A stretch of 62,942 nt of DNA, the filler included, from Octopus bimaculoides (lineage: Eukaryota): the NCBI RefSeq assembly GCF_001194135.2. It is 6 parts of 5 records of this genome, joined end to end, with 100 filler letters (N's around TTAATTAATTAA, not from the genome) between each part and the next. Parts side by side here need not be neighbours in the genome. Positions count along the whole stretch, not along the records: positions 1 to 22,361 come from NC_068995.1; 5 more parts are not named here. The stretch is one strand, 5' to 3'. Of this stretch, positions 1 through 14,524 are shown one piece after another. How positions within the stretch are numbered: the first letter of the stretch is position 1; each line of letters opens with the position of its first letter. A program made the translations under genes and the position numbers. Below the pieces are notes generated by a model, which made no database searches, had not been told where the DNA came from, and was given only the letters and a program-made list of their open reading frames with translations.

Positions 1-33
<33 letters not shown>

Positions 34-1058
34 TTTATTTATATTGTGGTGTTAGGCGTGCGTGCGTGTGTGTGTGTATGCATGTATATATGCATATACA
101 CTCAGCGCCTCACTGTGTGCATGTATAAACACATCCATATTTTCTTACACGTATAGAGACATACGTGTGTTTTGGGGTGTATGCGTTTATACACGCCAGT
201 ACAAATGTTAAATTGAAATAATAACCAAAGGACAATGAACATTGTTTCAATCATCTATAAGTGTATTCGTCGGTATATATATATATATANNNNNNNNNNN
301 NNNNNNNNNNNNNNNNNNNNNNNNNNNNNNNNNNNNNNNNNNNNNNNNNNNNNNNNNNNNNNNNNNNNNNNNNNNNNNNNNNNNNNNNNNNNNNNNNNNN
401 NNNNNNNNNNNNNNNNNNNNNNNNNNNNNNNNNNNNNNNNNNNNNNNNNNNNNNNNNNNNNNNNNNNNNNNNNNNNNNNNNNNNNNNNNNNNNNNNNNNN
501 NNNNNNNNNNNNNNNNNNNNNNNNNNNNNNNNNNNNNNNNNNNNNNNNNNNNNNNNNNNNNNNNNNNNNNNNNNNNNNNNNNNNNNNNNNNNNNNNNNNN
601 NNNNNNNNNNNNNNNNNNNNNNNNNNNNNNNNNNNNNNNNNNNNNNNNNNNNNNNNNNNNNNNNNNNNNNNNNNNNNNNNNNNNNNNNNNNNNNNNNNNN
701 NNNNNNNNNNNNNNNNNNNNNNNNNNNNNNNNNNNNNNNNNNNNNNNNNNNNNNNNNNNNNNNNNNNNNNNNNNNNNNNNNNNNNNNNNNNNNNNNNNNN
801 NNNNNNNNNNNNNNNNNNNNNNNNNNNNNNNNNNNNNNNNNNNNNNNNNNNNNNNNNNNNNNNNNNNNNNNNNNNNNNNNNNNNNNNNNNNNNNNNNNNN
901 NNNNNNNNNNNNNNNNNNNNNNNNNNNNNNNNNNNNNNNNNNNNNNNNNNNNNNNNNNTATATATATATATATATATATACGTACATATATGCATGTATA
1001 GGAACTAACAGCTCTGAGACACAATAAATATGTACAGATATAATCAAGGATGCCAAAC

Positions 1059-1107
<49 letters not shown>

Positions 1108-1777
1108 GTATATATATGCATCGAACGTGTCCATGATGATACCGTACGATAGCCCAATTGGGACTGATATTGAGGAATCGAACGATTCTAAAATATAACA
1201 GAAGCTCTTAAAGTTTATCTCTACAGGCAATGTGAGGTATTGTTGAGTGGAGCCAGATGGGAGACAGAGAGACAGAGAAAGGTGTAGAGGGAGGGATGAA
1301 ACTAAAACAAGTGTATCAGATAAACTAAACAAATTACGTTGAAAAGTAAACAAAAAAATGAAATGAGTTCATGAGAAATACCCCAAATTTGTACCACAAA
1401 TCTTCAACATGTATACACATATACTACGCATAGATGTTTATATGCATAAATATATATGAACACATATACATACATGCAGACACATATATATATATTTTTA
1501 TGTTTGTAATATATTCAGAGAAATATATAGAGAAAGAGAGAAAAAGATTTATGTATGCATATATATCTATGTTCTAAAAATACATTATTTCTTTCTTTTA
1601 TTGCTAATATGTGTATGAATGTATATAAACTCATATGAATATTTGAATTTACAGTTTCATTTATATATATATATATATATATGTATTCATAGATATACAT
1701 GTCTTAAACATACTGTTTTTCTCCGTTTATTTATTCCAAATCTTTGTATCCCCCTCTCACCATATGTGTATAATATA

Positions 1778-1819
<42 letters not shown>

Positions 1820-1970
1820 CACTATCAAGTGTATATAAATGTGTGTATATATGTATGCATGTATGTAGTTTGGATGTATTGTAAGGGCGAGGAGATGATA
1901 GATTTGCCGTCGTGGGCATGTTTGGTTAGACTAACAAGCAGTCGACTATCCAATTATAAATACTCTTGTT

Positions 1971-2005
<35 letters not shown>

Positions 2006-2452
2006 TAGATAGATAGATAGATATATATTCTTTCTTTTTGTAGTGTGGTGGGGATTTGTAGAAGTTTTTTTTTTCTACCAATCTTTGCGAAAGATTGAGA
2101 AAATGTAATTGTGAATTCTCATGCGAGAAAAGTGTCTCGAATAATAAAGACATAAACACAACAAAAAGAAACAAGCACGAAACGGATATGGTTTGCATTT
2201 TTTGTCTGACTGTGTATGATTAGTGAATGTGTGATTGCATGTATNNNNNNNNNNNNNNNNNNNNNNNNNNNNNNNNNNNNNNNNNNNNNNNNNNNNNNNN
2301 NNNNNNNNNNNNNNNNNNNNNNNNNNNNNNNNNNNNNNNNNNNNNNNNNNNNNNNNNNNNNNNNNNNNNNNNNNNNNNNNNNNNNNNNNNNNNNNNNNNN
2401 NNNNNNNNNNNNNNNNNNNNNNNNNNNNNNNNNNNNNNNNNNNNNNNNNNNN

Positions 2453-2483
<31 letters not shown>

Positions 2484-3000
2484 GCATGTGTTATATATGC
2501 AGGTAGGTGTTTGTGCGTGTATGTGGGGAATGTACGTCGATAAACAATACAGGAAGTGAAAAACACGATACAAGGCACAAACATTTGTATACGTACATGT
2601 GTTTCCGCATAGAAGAGCAGATATTACAAGTTTATACAAATATCAAATATTCATGAACACACGACACGTAATTAGTATAATTGTGTGCGTATAGACACGT
2701 CCGCATACAAGCAGATATGTCTGTATAATACATACATATATGTACATATATGTATGTTTCTATGTATAGACGTGTGTGTTTGTACGTGTGTAAGTAGCTA
2801 GGTAGATTCCCGGGAAGAGGCACTAAATATCAATCCATACATATATAGAAAAATTATCAATTGAAAAATATATGTAAGTACATAATTATCTCTGTACAAA
2901 ACATTAATAGGTGCCTTTATTCTATTACCATATACGTTTAGATGTCCAACTATGCATGTGCTCGCATATACCTACACGCATACACACACACATATATGTG

Positions 3001-3043
<43 letters not shown>

Positions 3044-4477
3044 ATATATATATATATATATACTCTTTTTATCTGTCTATGTATATGCATATGGATACGT
3101 CTATGTGTGCATGTATATATGTACGCATTAAATTCCATCTCTATATGACTCTTAGTGTACATACGAATATGTCAGCACGTATATCGATGTTTGTGTATGT
3201 GCGTGTGTACGTGTGTGTGTATGTGCGTGTGTGTGTGTGTGTTTGTGCGTGTATGAGAATATATTCTGAAACATATAATAAATACTACTTTTTTTTAATA
3301 GATTAATGGTCGCTTGGCACGGCAATTGTTAATTCTTGTAGGGAATATATAAATTGGGTCCCCCCTATATAGCCTATATTTATATGTGTTATGCTGATAA
3401 TTGTGTTTCACACAATACATGAATTGGCCTTCGAAAAGAAATCTATTCTAGTACGAAATAGTATAATATTTGAATTTAACGATAAGTGGTTCCAGAATCT
3501 AGTTGTCGATGTGTAATGTGTTCCACCGAATGCGGTAGTATAGCTTTAAGGTTTTGGATTCAATGAATAGAAAACGTCAGGTATCCATTGTTTACATTAC
3601 AATACCTAGCATTTAGTAAGGAAAAATATATGGATGCTCATAATACATAACTGATATATATTTCTCTCTTTAGAGTTATGCAGCAATACATCATAGATGT
3701 AGCTATTTAGATACTCTGACTAGATGCTAATAGTTAAAAAAAAAAAAAAAATTGTTTTGTACTCCAACCTTGACATATTCTCATCGAACCACACGAATAA
3801 TTTTCAGATAATCACTCCACTTAGTAAAGACCCAAATAATGTTTCGCTATTTGTCATTATTCAGGTTTTTTCAATAAATATGGGGGGGGGGGTATTATTA
3901 ATTCATGTTTTCCTCATGACGGTTGTAATAAAGCCTAAGACATTTTTTCCTCATAAAAGCCATAATATAAATTATTTACCCTCTAAAGGGGTTAACTCAG
4001 ACCTAGTCGTTAATTGTAGTTTTATATATACGGAGTGCACCCATCAACACTCTTGCTTATATTTGGTGTCAGGTCAAAAGAAAAAAATCTAGGAAGATTT
4101 TTCAGGAGAATATTTGAACATCTCTTGATCATATCGTGTCAAGAAGACTTTGGTTAGACATCGACGACTGTTGTTAATATTATATACGACATGTGGCAAA
4201 CGAGATTACATACAGGGGTCAGGTAGTTGTTGACGTTTCGGATTTAATAGGTCAGTGGCGACAATTATGGACATGCGGTGGGACTTCATAACCTTGTAAA
4301 GTTGTGTAAGGTTACATATTAGTGTGCTTATCAAGTATCGTTCCGTAGTGTAATTATAGCCGTGTGATAGTAGGCCAGGCAGATGTTATGCTGAAAGGAT
4401 GCCATCTCTCTCTGGTCAATATGATGTGCTTAGACCAACTTCAAATTATTCTAATTTTATTTATCGTACGTTTCTTT

Positions 4478-4646
4478 GTTAAGTCGAATACATCGTCTCC
4501 AGTGCGTAACTAGTACTTAATTTATCGATCCCGAAAGGATGAAAGGCAAAGTCGACCTTGGTAGAATTTGAACTCAACGTAAAGACAGACGAAATACCGC
4601 TACGTATTTCGCCCAGCATGATGACGCTTCTGTCAGCTCCTCGCCG
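4478..4646 (-). mobile_element. tRNA-derived SINE, family A/B/C (head + core)
   Basis: Reverse complement carries the family core GGTCGACTTTGCCTTTCATCCTTTCGGGATCGATAAATTAAGTAC and a B-box-like GAGTTCAAATTC; matches many other copies in the window. Confidence 0.85.
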
Positions 4647-6087
4647 TACCTTAGCAAAATAATGTAAAGTGCATTTGTCGCATTGCGCTCTAGCATGGCT
4701 CCAATTCCTCTGAACGAAAAACCCTGTTCAAATGCTAATTTTCAATGTTATAGTCTACAGAACCCTCTCATAATTGGATTCTATTTGAAATTAATTTACT
4801 CACAGAACTAACTCGCCTGAAATCACCAGTAATTCCATAAGCATTGTGTCTTCCCTTTCCAAGTGTAACTCTTTTATAATGTACTTTCAGAGAAAAGGAA
4901 CATTCATTAACTCGGCAAAGGACTCAATACGCGTCTCGACTTTGATCATTACGAATATATGTGTATAAGTATTATTTGTATATAACCTCACACAAACATA
5001 CGCACAAACACACTAATATGTATGTATATATGTATATATATATGTGTGTGCGTGCGTGCGCGAGTTTGTGTGTGTCTGTATTAGTATATGTGTGTGTGAG
5101 TGTGCGCGCGTATATGACTATATATATATATATATAAAAATAAATAAATACATAAATACATATATATGTTTAAGCATATATATATAAATTGAGTGTGCCT
5201 ATGTGTAAATCTTAGAGTGTGTGTGTGTGTGTTCATATGTATATTTCTATATGTATGTGTGTGCTTTTGTTTTAGGATTTCATTTCATCAATTTAGCGCA
5301 TCATTGACCTGGCGAAATAAATGTTGTCTTCCGAAGTACCTCTCAGCGAACAATAACAATAACAACAACAACAAACATAATCGCGTTCACACAATAGCTT
5401 CAACACATATGTCAAGATGCAATCAAAAATATAATTTAAACGAAATATCAAAACATAAAAGAAAAGAATAGGAAAAAGATACTTGCATTACAAAGAAAAT
5501 TAATAAATAAATATATCGGATAAAAGTTTTTTAAAAAATTAACAGAGAAGAAAATAAAACAACTTTGAATTAATGAAATAAATTATAATTTGAAAATTAA
5601 TCAAATTAATTTCTAATTTAAGTTCTTGATGGAATAAATATGATAAATTATATTGAACTTGCGGAATGAAGTATACTAAATATTATTGTACATTTTTTTA
5701 TATAGTCTCCTTTATTATGAAATTTATATTGTATTTTTATATTGGTCCTTCATACTTTCTCTTCTCTTGATCAAACTGTTGTTTGTTTGTTATCAATTTG
5801 TATCGTTAATTAACTATTATAATCACTAACATCATTTGTAAACTTCAGATAAAATATGTGCCTTGTGGGGATGGATGAGGTGTGTCTTGACGTTTAAGAA
5901 TATCGTTGATTTTAATGCTATTTTCAAATATATATCACAGTTGTTTATCCGGTCTGTCACAACAGTATCTTTCTAATGTGCTTGATGTTGGTATGGCTGC
6001 TGTTGATTGTGATAACACACGTTAAAGAAATGATGATGATGATGATGGCGATGTGTTAAGAATGATGATGAAGACCACCTATGGACC

Positions 6088-6280
6088 AATATTGGTTTCA
6101 AATTTTGGCACAAGGTCAGAAAGTTTTGTGGTCAAGGGTTAAGTCACTTACATCAACCCCGGTACTCAACTGGTACTTCATTTATCAACTCGAAAGGATG
6201 AAACGCTAAGTCGAACCTAGGCACAATGTCAACTGAGAACGTGGACATAGTCGAAACGCCGGTGAGCGTTTTTACCCGGC
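6088..6280 (-). mobile_element. SINE, tail-C subfamily, diverged
   Basis: Plus strand AATATTGGTTTCAAATTTTGGCACAAGG followed by CGAAAGGATGAAAC..AAGTCGA; same layout as the copies at 31304 and 33242. Confidence 0.75.
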
Positions 6281-7198
6281 TCCATCGGCCTGACGAAGAC
6301 CAGGAGTAAAAAGTTGTGGGATGAAGATTCTGACAATAATTACGGAGATGACTGAGACAGGGGTGAGGATGACGAAGTCAACAACTTCGAAGATGACGTT
6401 GATATCAATGATTGTGACGATGCCGATGAAGGCAATGACGCTAATTGAGAGACATGACACTACTACTACTTCTAGAAGTTTCAGCAAACATCAAGGTGAT
6501 CTGTTGCGAATTCTGATACAAAATAACGCAGTTGTTTTCGTTTGATCATCAAGCCTCATCTTATCCACTCTACCTGTAATCAAACGTGTGTAAAAGCCCC
6601 AACCTCCTACAGACATAGTAGTATTACGCTTAACGTGATATTTTCTAATTTGTCGTCCCACATTAAATATGGATATTTTAAAGTACATTTGGTTGCTATT
6701 TTGAGCTCTAAATTATTTCACGTTTATTATTCATGCACATCTTTATATTTGAGTGTTATGACTTCTGATACATCTTCTAAATGAAGATTACGTTGATTAC
6801 CTATTAATTATATTAATTAAACTAATTAAATTTTCTCTAAGACGACCTAATGTCTGCACTCTATGACTTTAAACCAGTAAAATAGTAAAATGTTTAACAC
6901 TCTAATACCTCACATCAATATGCAGAAAAAAATATTCATTATTAGCCGTGTTTTATCATTTAAGGTGAAGATGTATAATTAAATGGAAATATAAGGATAC
7001 ACGCTGCATATGGATAAATATGGGATTCGTATTTTCCGTTAATTGAATAGACAGTGGATATATCCGCAGACTAAATTATCATCATATATTGAGCGCTCTT
7101 GAAGAATAATCACCCCGTTTTAACGGATTATTCTTCCTGATCTTCAGGTGTATATAAGTACCCCACATCCGAATATACATACACAAAAACATAAGTGA

Positions 7199-7236
<38 letters not shown>

Positions 7237-7413
7237 NNNNNNNNNNNNNNNNNNNNNNNNNNNNNNNNNNNNNNNNNNNNNNNNNNNNNNNNNNNNNNNN
7301 NNNNNNNNNNNNNNNNNNNNNNNNNNNNNNNNNNNNNNNNNNNNNNNNNNNNNNNNNNNNNNNNNNNNNNNNNNNNNNNNNNNNNNNNNNNNNNNNNNNN
7401 NNNNNNNNNNNNN

Positions 7414-7445
<32 letters not shown>

Positions 7446-7470
7446 GTATATATATATATGTATATATATG

Positions 7471-7514
<44 letters not shown>

Positions 7515-7576
7515 TGTTTCTGCATATCTAAATATATCTGCAACTATCTATATATAGGTGAGTGTACGAGTGTGTT

Positions 7577-7625
<49 letters not shown>

Positions 7626-7969
7626 GATGACAAGTGGTTAGATAAATACATTCAACTCTGATATCACCTGATTGTTATGATTTATATGCTTAACATGAAA
7701 TAATTTCATCGATGGGATCTCCTGGATTTTCCCCTGCATAGCCCCCTCCATAACACTCCTTGACATTGGATTACTATGTGGTTTGCTCGCCAGGTCCCTT
7801 AGAGGAGATTTCTCTGATAGCTACGTGATTCTATAAATCCATATATTACACTATATATATGTATATATATAATCAAAATAAGCAACAGGATATTAAGTAG
7901 TGATGCAGTACGACCGTTTCAAGCGGACCCATTTAACTGAACAGTGCAATAATTACATTTAAATGCAGT

Positions 7970-8660
7970 ACCATCTTCACCTGCACAAATATATAAATAA
8001 AATTTTAATAACAGAGCAAGAAGAGGGAAGAAATTGATGCTGTCGTTATTGTAGCTAAGAATATGCTACACTTCCAAGAATCGCATGAAGCCCATTGAAG
8101 TCATAGCTTGTAAAGGGTTGTAATTCATTTATCTCTTTATCAATTACTAAATCTAAGACTAGAAGCCTGTATCTGTTTTGTATAAAGGGCAAGAGTGAGG
8201 TGACAGGTCATGGCTACGTAAGGTCATAAATATTTTCACATGTAACCTTTTTCCTCAGGGAGGAAAAATACATTAGGAGAAGTCAATTGGATATAAAGTA
8301 TCTCAATAAAAAGAGACTGGGTAAGGGAAGACTTTAAATCATGATGCTAATTACCAGTTAAAGGGGCAAAACGCTAAGAAACCTATGATCTTAATACGGA
8401 GGAAATTTTATCGTGGGACACTATGGGCGTTTGTTTATAAACAATACTGTTATGTTGTATAAAAATAAAATTTAAGATTTTCAAAAATGATATAATCAAA
8501 ACAAGGAAAGTTATAAACATTTAAAAGGAATTATTGCATAGCATTAGTTTAATATTCATTCATGTACTTAATTAATTACTTATTAGATTGTTTCTATAAA
8601 GACTGCTCAGTGCATTTTCTTATGGAATAACTGGAAAGATAAACATGCTATCTATATATT
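7970..8660 (+). mobile_element. Highly decayed APE-type endonuclease region of a non-LTR retrotransposon (L1/Tx1-like)
   Basis: Hand translation gives, in the expected order but with stops and frameshifts, KKREEI..MLHFQESH (cf. LQETH), KSKTRSLYLF (cf. SRGVAIL), VINIF (cf. INIYAP) and PMILI/GGNF (cf. GGDFN). Motif resemblance only. Confidence 0.4.
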
Positions 8661-9246
8661 AATTTTAAGACATGAATCAGGAAACAATAAAGATGTGTAG
8701 AGATGTACACATATATTTAAACATTTGTGCACACATGCACACATACACAAATATTTGTACGTTTCTATGGATATTGTATAAACATCTCGCATAGACTTAA
8801 GTAACTGAAAATTATCTACTTAAGAACAGTAACAATTTATGATAAGGGGTTAATAGGTAAGGATATCAAAATAAGAAAACAACATCAACATTTTTAGGAA
8901 ATAATAAAAGAAATACATATAGCCTTCATTTCAAGAGACAGAGGATAAACATTTAAGGTAGGGAAGAGATAAAGGTAACTCAAGAGATAGAGTGATAGGT
9001 ATGGACGTAGTGGGGGCAGTTAAAGGTATTCACACCTGTATTCTTACAGGTGCTATTGTATATAAGATTTTATAGTTTCTAGGGGCTATATAATTTAGTC
9101 GAAGTGAGAGTACCTTACATAAAGTCACTACAAGTATACATAATATGATCAGTAGGGTAGAAAAGTATAAAAAGGAAAATAGTGTAATCCCCAAAATAGG
9201 ATGTAGACAGTCTAACTAGACAGGAGTTATCATGGGATAGTATTAT

Positions 9247-9632
9247 TGTTGTTGGCACATCGTCGGTTACGACGACGTGGGTTCAAGTTGATCCGATCAA
9301 CGGAACAGCTTGCTCGTGAAATTAACGTGTAAGTGGCTGAGCAATCCACAGACAGGTGTACCATTAACGTAGTTCTCGAGGAGATTTAGCGTGACACAGA
9401 GTGTGACAAGGTTGGCCCTTTGAAATACAGGCACAGCAGAAACAGGAAGAAAGACCGAGAGAAAGTTTCGGCGAAAGAATACAGCAGGGTTCGGCAGCAC
9501 CCTCTGCCTGAGCCATGTGGAGCTTTGGGTGTTTTCGCTGAATAAACATTCACAATGGCCTGTTTGGGAACCGAAAGTGCGATCCTATGACCGCGAGTCT
9601 GCTGCCCAAACCACTGGGCCATTTCGCTCCAC
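9247..9632 (-). mobile_element. Full-length tRNA-derived SINE, family E
   Basis: Reverse complement begins GTGGAGCGAAATGGCCCAGTGG (A-box-like), has CGGTTCCC (B-box-like) and ends in a CAACAACAATAATA tail; a partial copy lies at 39675-39740. Confidence 0.75.
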
Positions 9633-10029
9633 AATAGATAGAAACAATTGTAATATTATACAATGAAACGTGGGGGAAATCAATTCATTATAGTTCACGC
9701 GTGCACGCACACACATGCGCTGTCATGCACATACATACAAACATGAAATAATGTAGAGCTTTCTTCTCTACTTGTTGATTGCAATAGGTTTTGTCATTAT
9801 TTGTCCTTACTGAAAAATCTCAATTTTGTTGTCAAATTACATTATACATCTTATAGCGCCCCTCACGTGAATACGATATATGATTTATACACCATTATCT
9901 ATCTTCACTGTTCTCTGTCTCAAATAACAATTTATATTATGTTACTGGAAATGTACACCTCATTCATTTATCATCCTCTGTAAATAGGCTTTTTTTTTTA
10001 CGAATAGCTGTTTTTATTTGTCTAGAATC

Positions 10030-10310
10030 AGTGGTGCATCGGAGAAAATACTAAGCAAAATTTTGTCCGAGTTTACTTTGTGGAGTCGAGTGCCACCGAC
10101 ATCAACTTTTCCATTTGGCATTTCGGGTTGGTAAAATAAGTACCAGCACTGGGGTTGATGTAACCTACTAGCCACTGGTCACACATAAATTACAAAACTC
10201 GTACCTATACTAGCAACGATCCTCCTTCTCCTCCCCTTCATCTTTTCGTGGGGTCGATAAATGAAATACCAGTAAAACACTGCGTTGTAATCGACTAGTC
10301 CCATCCCCCA
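10030..10310 (+). mobile_element. Two decayed family A/C SINE remnants
   Basis: Core fragments GGTAAAATAAGTACCAG and TTCATCTTTTCGTGGGGTCGATAAATGAAATACCAG. Confidence 0.5.
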
Positions 10311-10679
10311 AATTATTATTATTATTATTATAATTATTATAACAGGTTCACTTCTGATTGCAAATATCGCAGTCCACAACCTGGCTATACATCCTTGTGT
10401 TATCTATAAAATTAACTACCACTCAAGTACTGGGAAATATAAATTAGTGTATCTATGAATAAGTGATGTAGATTCAATCGTCAGCCTTCTTCACCAAATG
10501 TGTCGCATTAGGACTGTATTTGAAAAATGTATCATTATAGTAAATACGCTTAATTAGCAGAAGTTTATGCAGTGTGTGAGAAATTGCTCTCAGCTATTTC
10601 GTCACTGCAATTCAGGAATTAAGTTCTTATGCCATCGAGATCAGCTTTGCTATTCATCATTGCCATGTTGGTATCATAT

Positions 10680-11083
10680 TTTTTTTTGGTTGTTTTTTTC
10701 TGTAGCTTCAGCTCAGAGCTACAGCTATGCCGGGGCACCACCGTTTTGATACACTCTTATGATTAAGAGCCTCCTCTAATATGTGTCATTTGGTAAATAA
10801 GGGAATTTCATGTCACCATCCTCAGTTGCACCTCTTGCCGCGAGGTAGATTCATCTTGGACTCTCGACAAGAAGAGGTCCAGTTTTTATATGAAAACACC
10901 GACATCCACTTATTGTAGGTTCCTCAGGATCTTTGGGGGAATTGTAAAAAGCTGTGGGGCCCTGACACCCAGGCTGTTGCAGTAACTGGTCCTGAAGCGC
11001 GATGGCATTGCTGGGATCTTTGGCACTGTAAAAAGTCGACCCGTTTTGGCATTAGTGTAGCTTTCAATGCCATAATTTGGCAT
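10680..11083 (-). mobile_element. 3' end of a CR1-like LINE (ORF2 C-terminus + 3' tail)
   Basis: One frame over ~99 codons reads MPNYGIESYTNAKTGRLFTVPKIPAMPSRFRTSYCNSLGVRAPQLFTIPPKILRNLQ*VDVGVFI*KLDLFLSRVQDESTSRQEVQLRMVT*NSLIYQM. This fits the CR1/L2-type NS....P.LFN.LP..LR......FK.KLD.FL motif. Three stops; followed by a short UTR and A-rich tail. Confidence 0.75.
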
Positions 11084-11431
11084 TTAACAATAATCAAGTA
11101 CTTTACTCGATTTAATTACATACTTCTTTCGCACTACAATATTCTGGTTTTCTGCTTATGTAATTATTTTAATGTGGGGCAAAGTTTATTAGTATCTCTT
11201 AAGTACATAGGATTTCTTTTCACAATATTTCGTTAGGTGTTGCCGTGTTCCTTTTGGTAGTCGTTTTCTGGTTATATATATGCATATATGTATATATATT
11301 CATACCTACACATATGCACGCATACACGCATATATATATATGTATGTATGTATATGTATATAAATACATATATATATACACACACATATATATATATATA
11401 AATATATATATAAACATATACACAGATATGC

Positions 11432-11484
<53 letters not shown>

Positions 11485-13249
11485 TGTATGTACTTACGTA
11501 TATGCATGTATATACTAGTCTTTGCATTTCTGAATGCTATCATTAATGCAACATCTTGTAGCAATTACACGAGATTTATTTTTCGTTATTTGTCTTTCTA
11601 TTATTTCAAATATACTTCTTCTCTCTTATCCCCTCCTTTATTTTCGTAATTATTTCTTTCGGTTCTCCGTTTCACGAAAGCCGAAAAAGAAAAAAATAAA
11701 TAAACACACACACCAAAAAACAAGCGCAAATAGTTCAACACATACACATAAAAAAATAACCTATAAACAGACAACAAAAAACTCATATAAATCATTGCAC
11801 ATAATAAAAAAGAAAAACAAAATAAAAAAAGAGCATCAATATATACAGAAAACAAAACCATAAAATATGGCGTCCATTTGTCACACAAAATGACCGCTAG
11901 GTGTTTACTGTATTTCACGTAACAAACAGAAAATACGAAATACATTTATTTTCATTAAAGAAAATCTGATACATTCACTAATCGTATCACTTTAATTTAC
12001 ATTTAGTCCGGCAAATCTGCAGAAATCGATAATTCAGTCTATGAAATTTCCCCTCCCTTCATTCGTTGGTATATATATTTTTGCATTTTATTTATTTTAT
12101 TTCTAATAAATATTCGCTAAATGTTTTATTACTTTATTTAGCCTTTACTCTGCTACGGTCATCGTAGATGTGATCATACTGAATGTATTTTATGTTATTT
12201 TCTTTTCCCTTCTTTTTTTTTTAGATATCTTTATTCTTGTTGCTGCTGGTCTTCTCAATGATAGCATATAATCGCTTAGCAGACATCTTATATTGCAGCC
12301 CTGGAATAACCATGTCTATCTATGTTGTTTTGATGCTCTCTGACTAGTACTACATAGGCCGAGGATTTTAGCTGTAGTACACGAAGACGAAAGGATATAT
12401 ATACAATAATAATAATAATAATAATAAAAATATTAGGGATAAAAATGCAAATTAAAATTAAGTTTCACAGTATAAAATATAAAAATATATAGTTTTATTA
12501 TCATTACCTTATGATATTTACTTTGTATTATATTATACTTATTTATTGTGCATTTACTTATTAATTTTTTCTATACGTGACTGTGGATTTTCATGAACTT
12601 TGGTTCTTTTCTCTAAAACTATATATATGTATATATATATAGTATGAGAAGAAAATTTTACAACTTCGTTAAACCGAAGAACAAATATAAAGAATAGAAC
12701 TGCAGCTAGAAGTGCTCAGGTGACACTGAGGTGAAAGGAGAAATAAATTGAAGGGTATAATGAATAAACACTTCGATCAGTCAAAACAACTTTATATCAT
12801 TCCCTAATTTTGAAAAATCGAATATATATTAAAACAATAGGGCACCCAATGGTAAAATCCAACACTATAAAATATACACGTATGCACGAATGAAAGGTGA
12901 TAAAACCTAAAAGAGTAATACGAGTAAAATCGAACGAAGAAAAATATATGGAATAAATTAATGAATAATAAAAGCGACTAAAGATTTATCATGCTGTTTC
13001 GCGCCTCATATCAAAATGCCATGACCGTGACTGCTGCGCAATGCTCCGTGAACTCTATAAAGACTGTAAGACATAATATGGGCATTCTTAATATAAGCTA
13101 CCCCAAACTGTAGAGGTGTTTCGGTATATATCTAGTAAGTATTACGTCATACTTTCCTGAATCTTTGAACAATGCCGTAAGCTCAATTTACTCGAGGCCG
13201 TGGTAAAACCCTAGCTAGAGCAATTTTGCTGTGGCAACAGGATTCGCCG

Positions 13250-13440
13250 CCTTGCCATATCTCTGAAGATATTCATAAGTAGTTGTCGGAGAATTTCTAG
13301 GAATTAACCAACTCGAATTTCTTGCCTCCTAATATTCAATTGTAAACCCATAGATTATTATATGTCGAGTGTGGGTGAGGAAATCAACGTCGTCTGCAAC
13401 ACTACTGCCATGCTAGTGGCCAAGTTTCTAGGAGTTTTAC
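13250..13440 (-). mobile_element. Possible decayed LINE reverse-transcriptase fragment
   Basis: Minus frame VADDVDFLTHT..YGFTI resembles the RTE-type FADD....HT..FGLTI region; short and interrupted. Confidence 0.3.
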
Positions 13441-13835
13441 TCAGGGATAGAGTAAGGAACATGTTCGCCAGTTTCTAGAGCCAGTTGGAACTCGGGAGCA
13501 CCTACACTGATTAAGAGTTTTCTTTACTTAAATAGAATAATAAATAAATGTATATGTAAATATATACGTAAATCAATGAATAAGTAAACAGACAGCTAGT
13601 TAGATAGGTAGTTTGATAGACAGACATGGAAGTGGGTTTTACGAACATGTTTTTCTGTATCAAGAGAGACACTGACGTAACATACAACCACTGCAATCAA
13701 CAGAAGCAATGTATACAAACAACAGCGTTATTTTTCCTGTACTCGAAATCTCATAAAAGCAGATATATACACGCACTTAAAAATAACAACAGCAACAAAG
13801 AACATAATAACGATAATAAAAAATATGATGACGAC

Positions 13836-13871
<36 letters not shown>

Positions 13872-13983
13872 GGGGACGATGAATATGATGAGGATGATGA
13901 TGATAGCCTCTCAAGTGTCCAAGAAAGGCAGTTTCGCGATTTATTATAGCAGGTATGTATTTACAATGATCAAATATTTGTAG

Positions 13984-14097
13984 AGCTGGGAAGATGGGCC
14001 ATATGTCCGAAGTCGAGACGATCGCAGGCCATTGAGAGAGAGAGAGGAGATCGTACACCACCGTCCTGGAATGGAACCCGGGACATCGCCATCGAGT
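13984..14097 (+). mobile_element. RTE-like LINE ORF C-terminal fragment
   Basis: Frameshifted pieces KMGHM / RDDRRP / TVLEWNPGHRHR follow the RW.GH..R..D.R.P...LEW.P motif order. Confidence 0.45.
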
Positions 14098-14337
14098 GTG
14101 CACGTGCGTAGTGGTTAGAGTGCATATACATATATACATATATCTATGCGTGTATGTGTGTGGGTTTGGGTGTATGCGTGTAAATATATATGCGTGTGTG
14201 TGTTAATCTATACATGTATATACACACTTTTATAAATTTATTTATGCATACGCATACGTAAAACATACATATATACATATGAGTATGTAACGATGTATGC
14301 ATATATATCATATATATATGTGTATATATATAACAAT

Positions 14338-14371
<34 letters not shown>

Positions 14372-14473
14372 TCATACACACATATATACATACATACACG
14401 TATATAAACATACATATACACGTATATATACATACATACAGATATATACACATACACACATATATACATATAA

Positions 14474-14524
<51 letters not shown>

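Noticed and set aside
1227-1236. 10-nt microexon candidate (TCTCTACAG|GCAATGTGAG|GTATTG)
   Set aside because: Such AG..GT pairs are expected by chance in 63 kb; no supporting context.
6574-6606. 33-nt minus-strand microexon candidate (GGWGFYTRLIT)
   Set aside because: Weak pyrimidine tract and donor; no neighbouring exons or recognisable protein.
9595-9632. tRNA gene at SINE heads (here and at 46565, 53198, 55370)
   Set aside because: A/B-box-like motifs are present but there is no complete cloverleaf; they are 5' parts of repeated SINEs.
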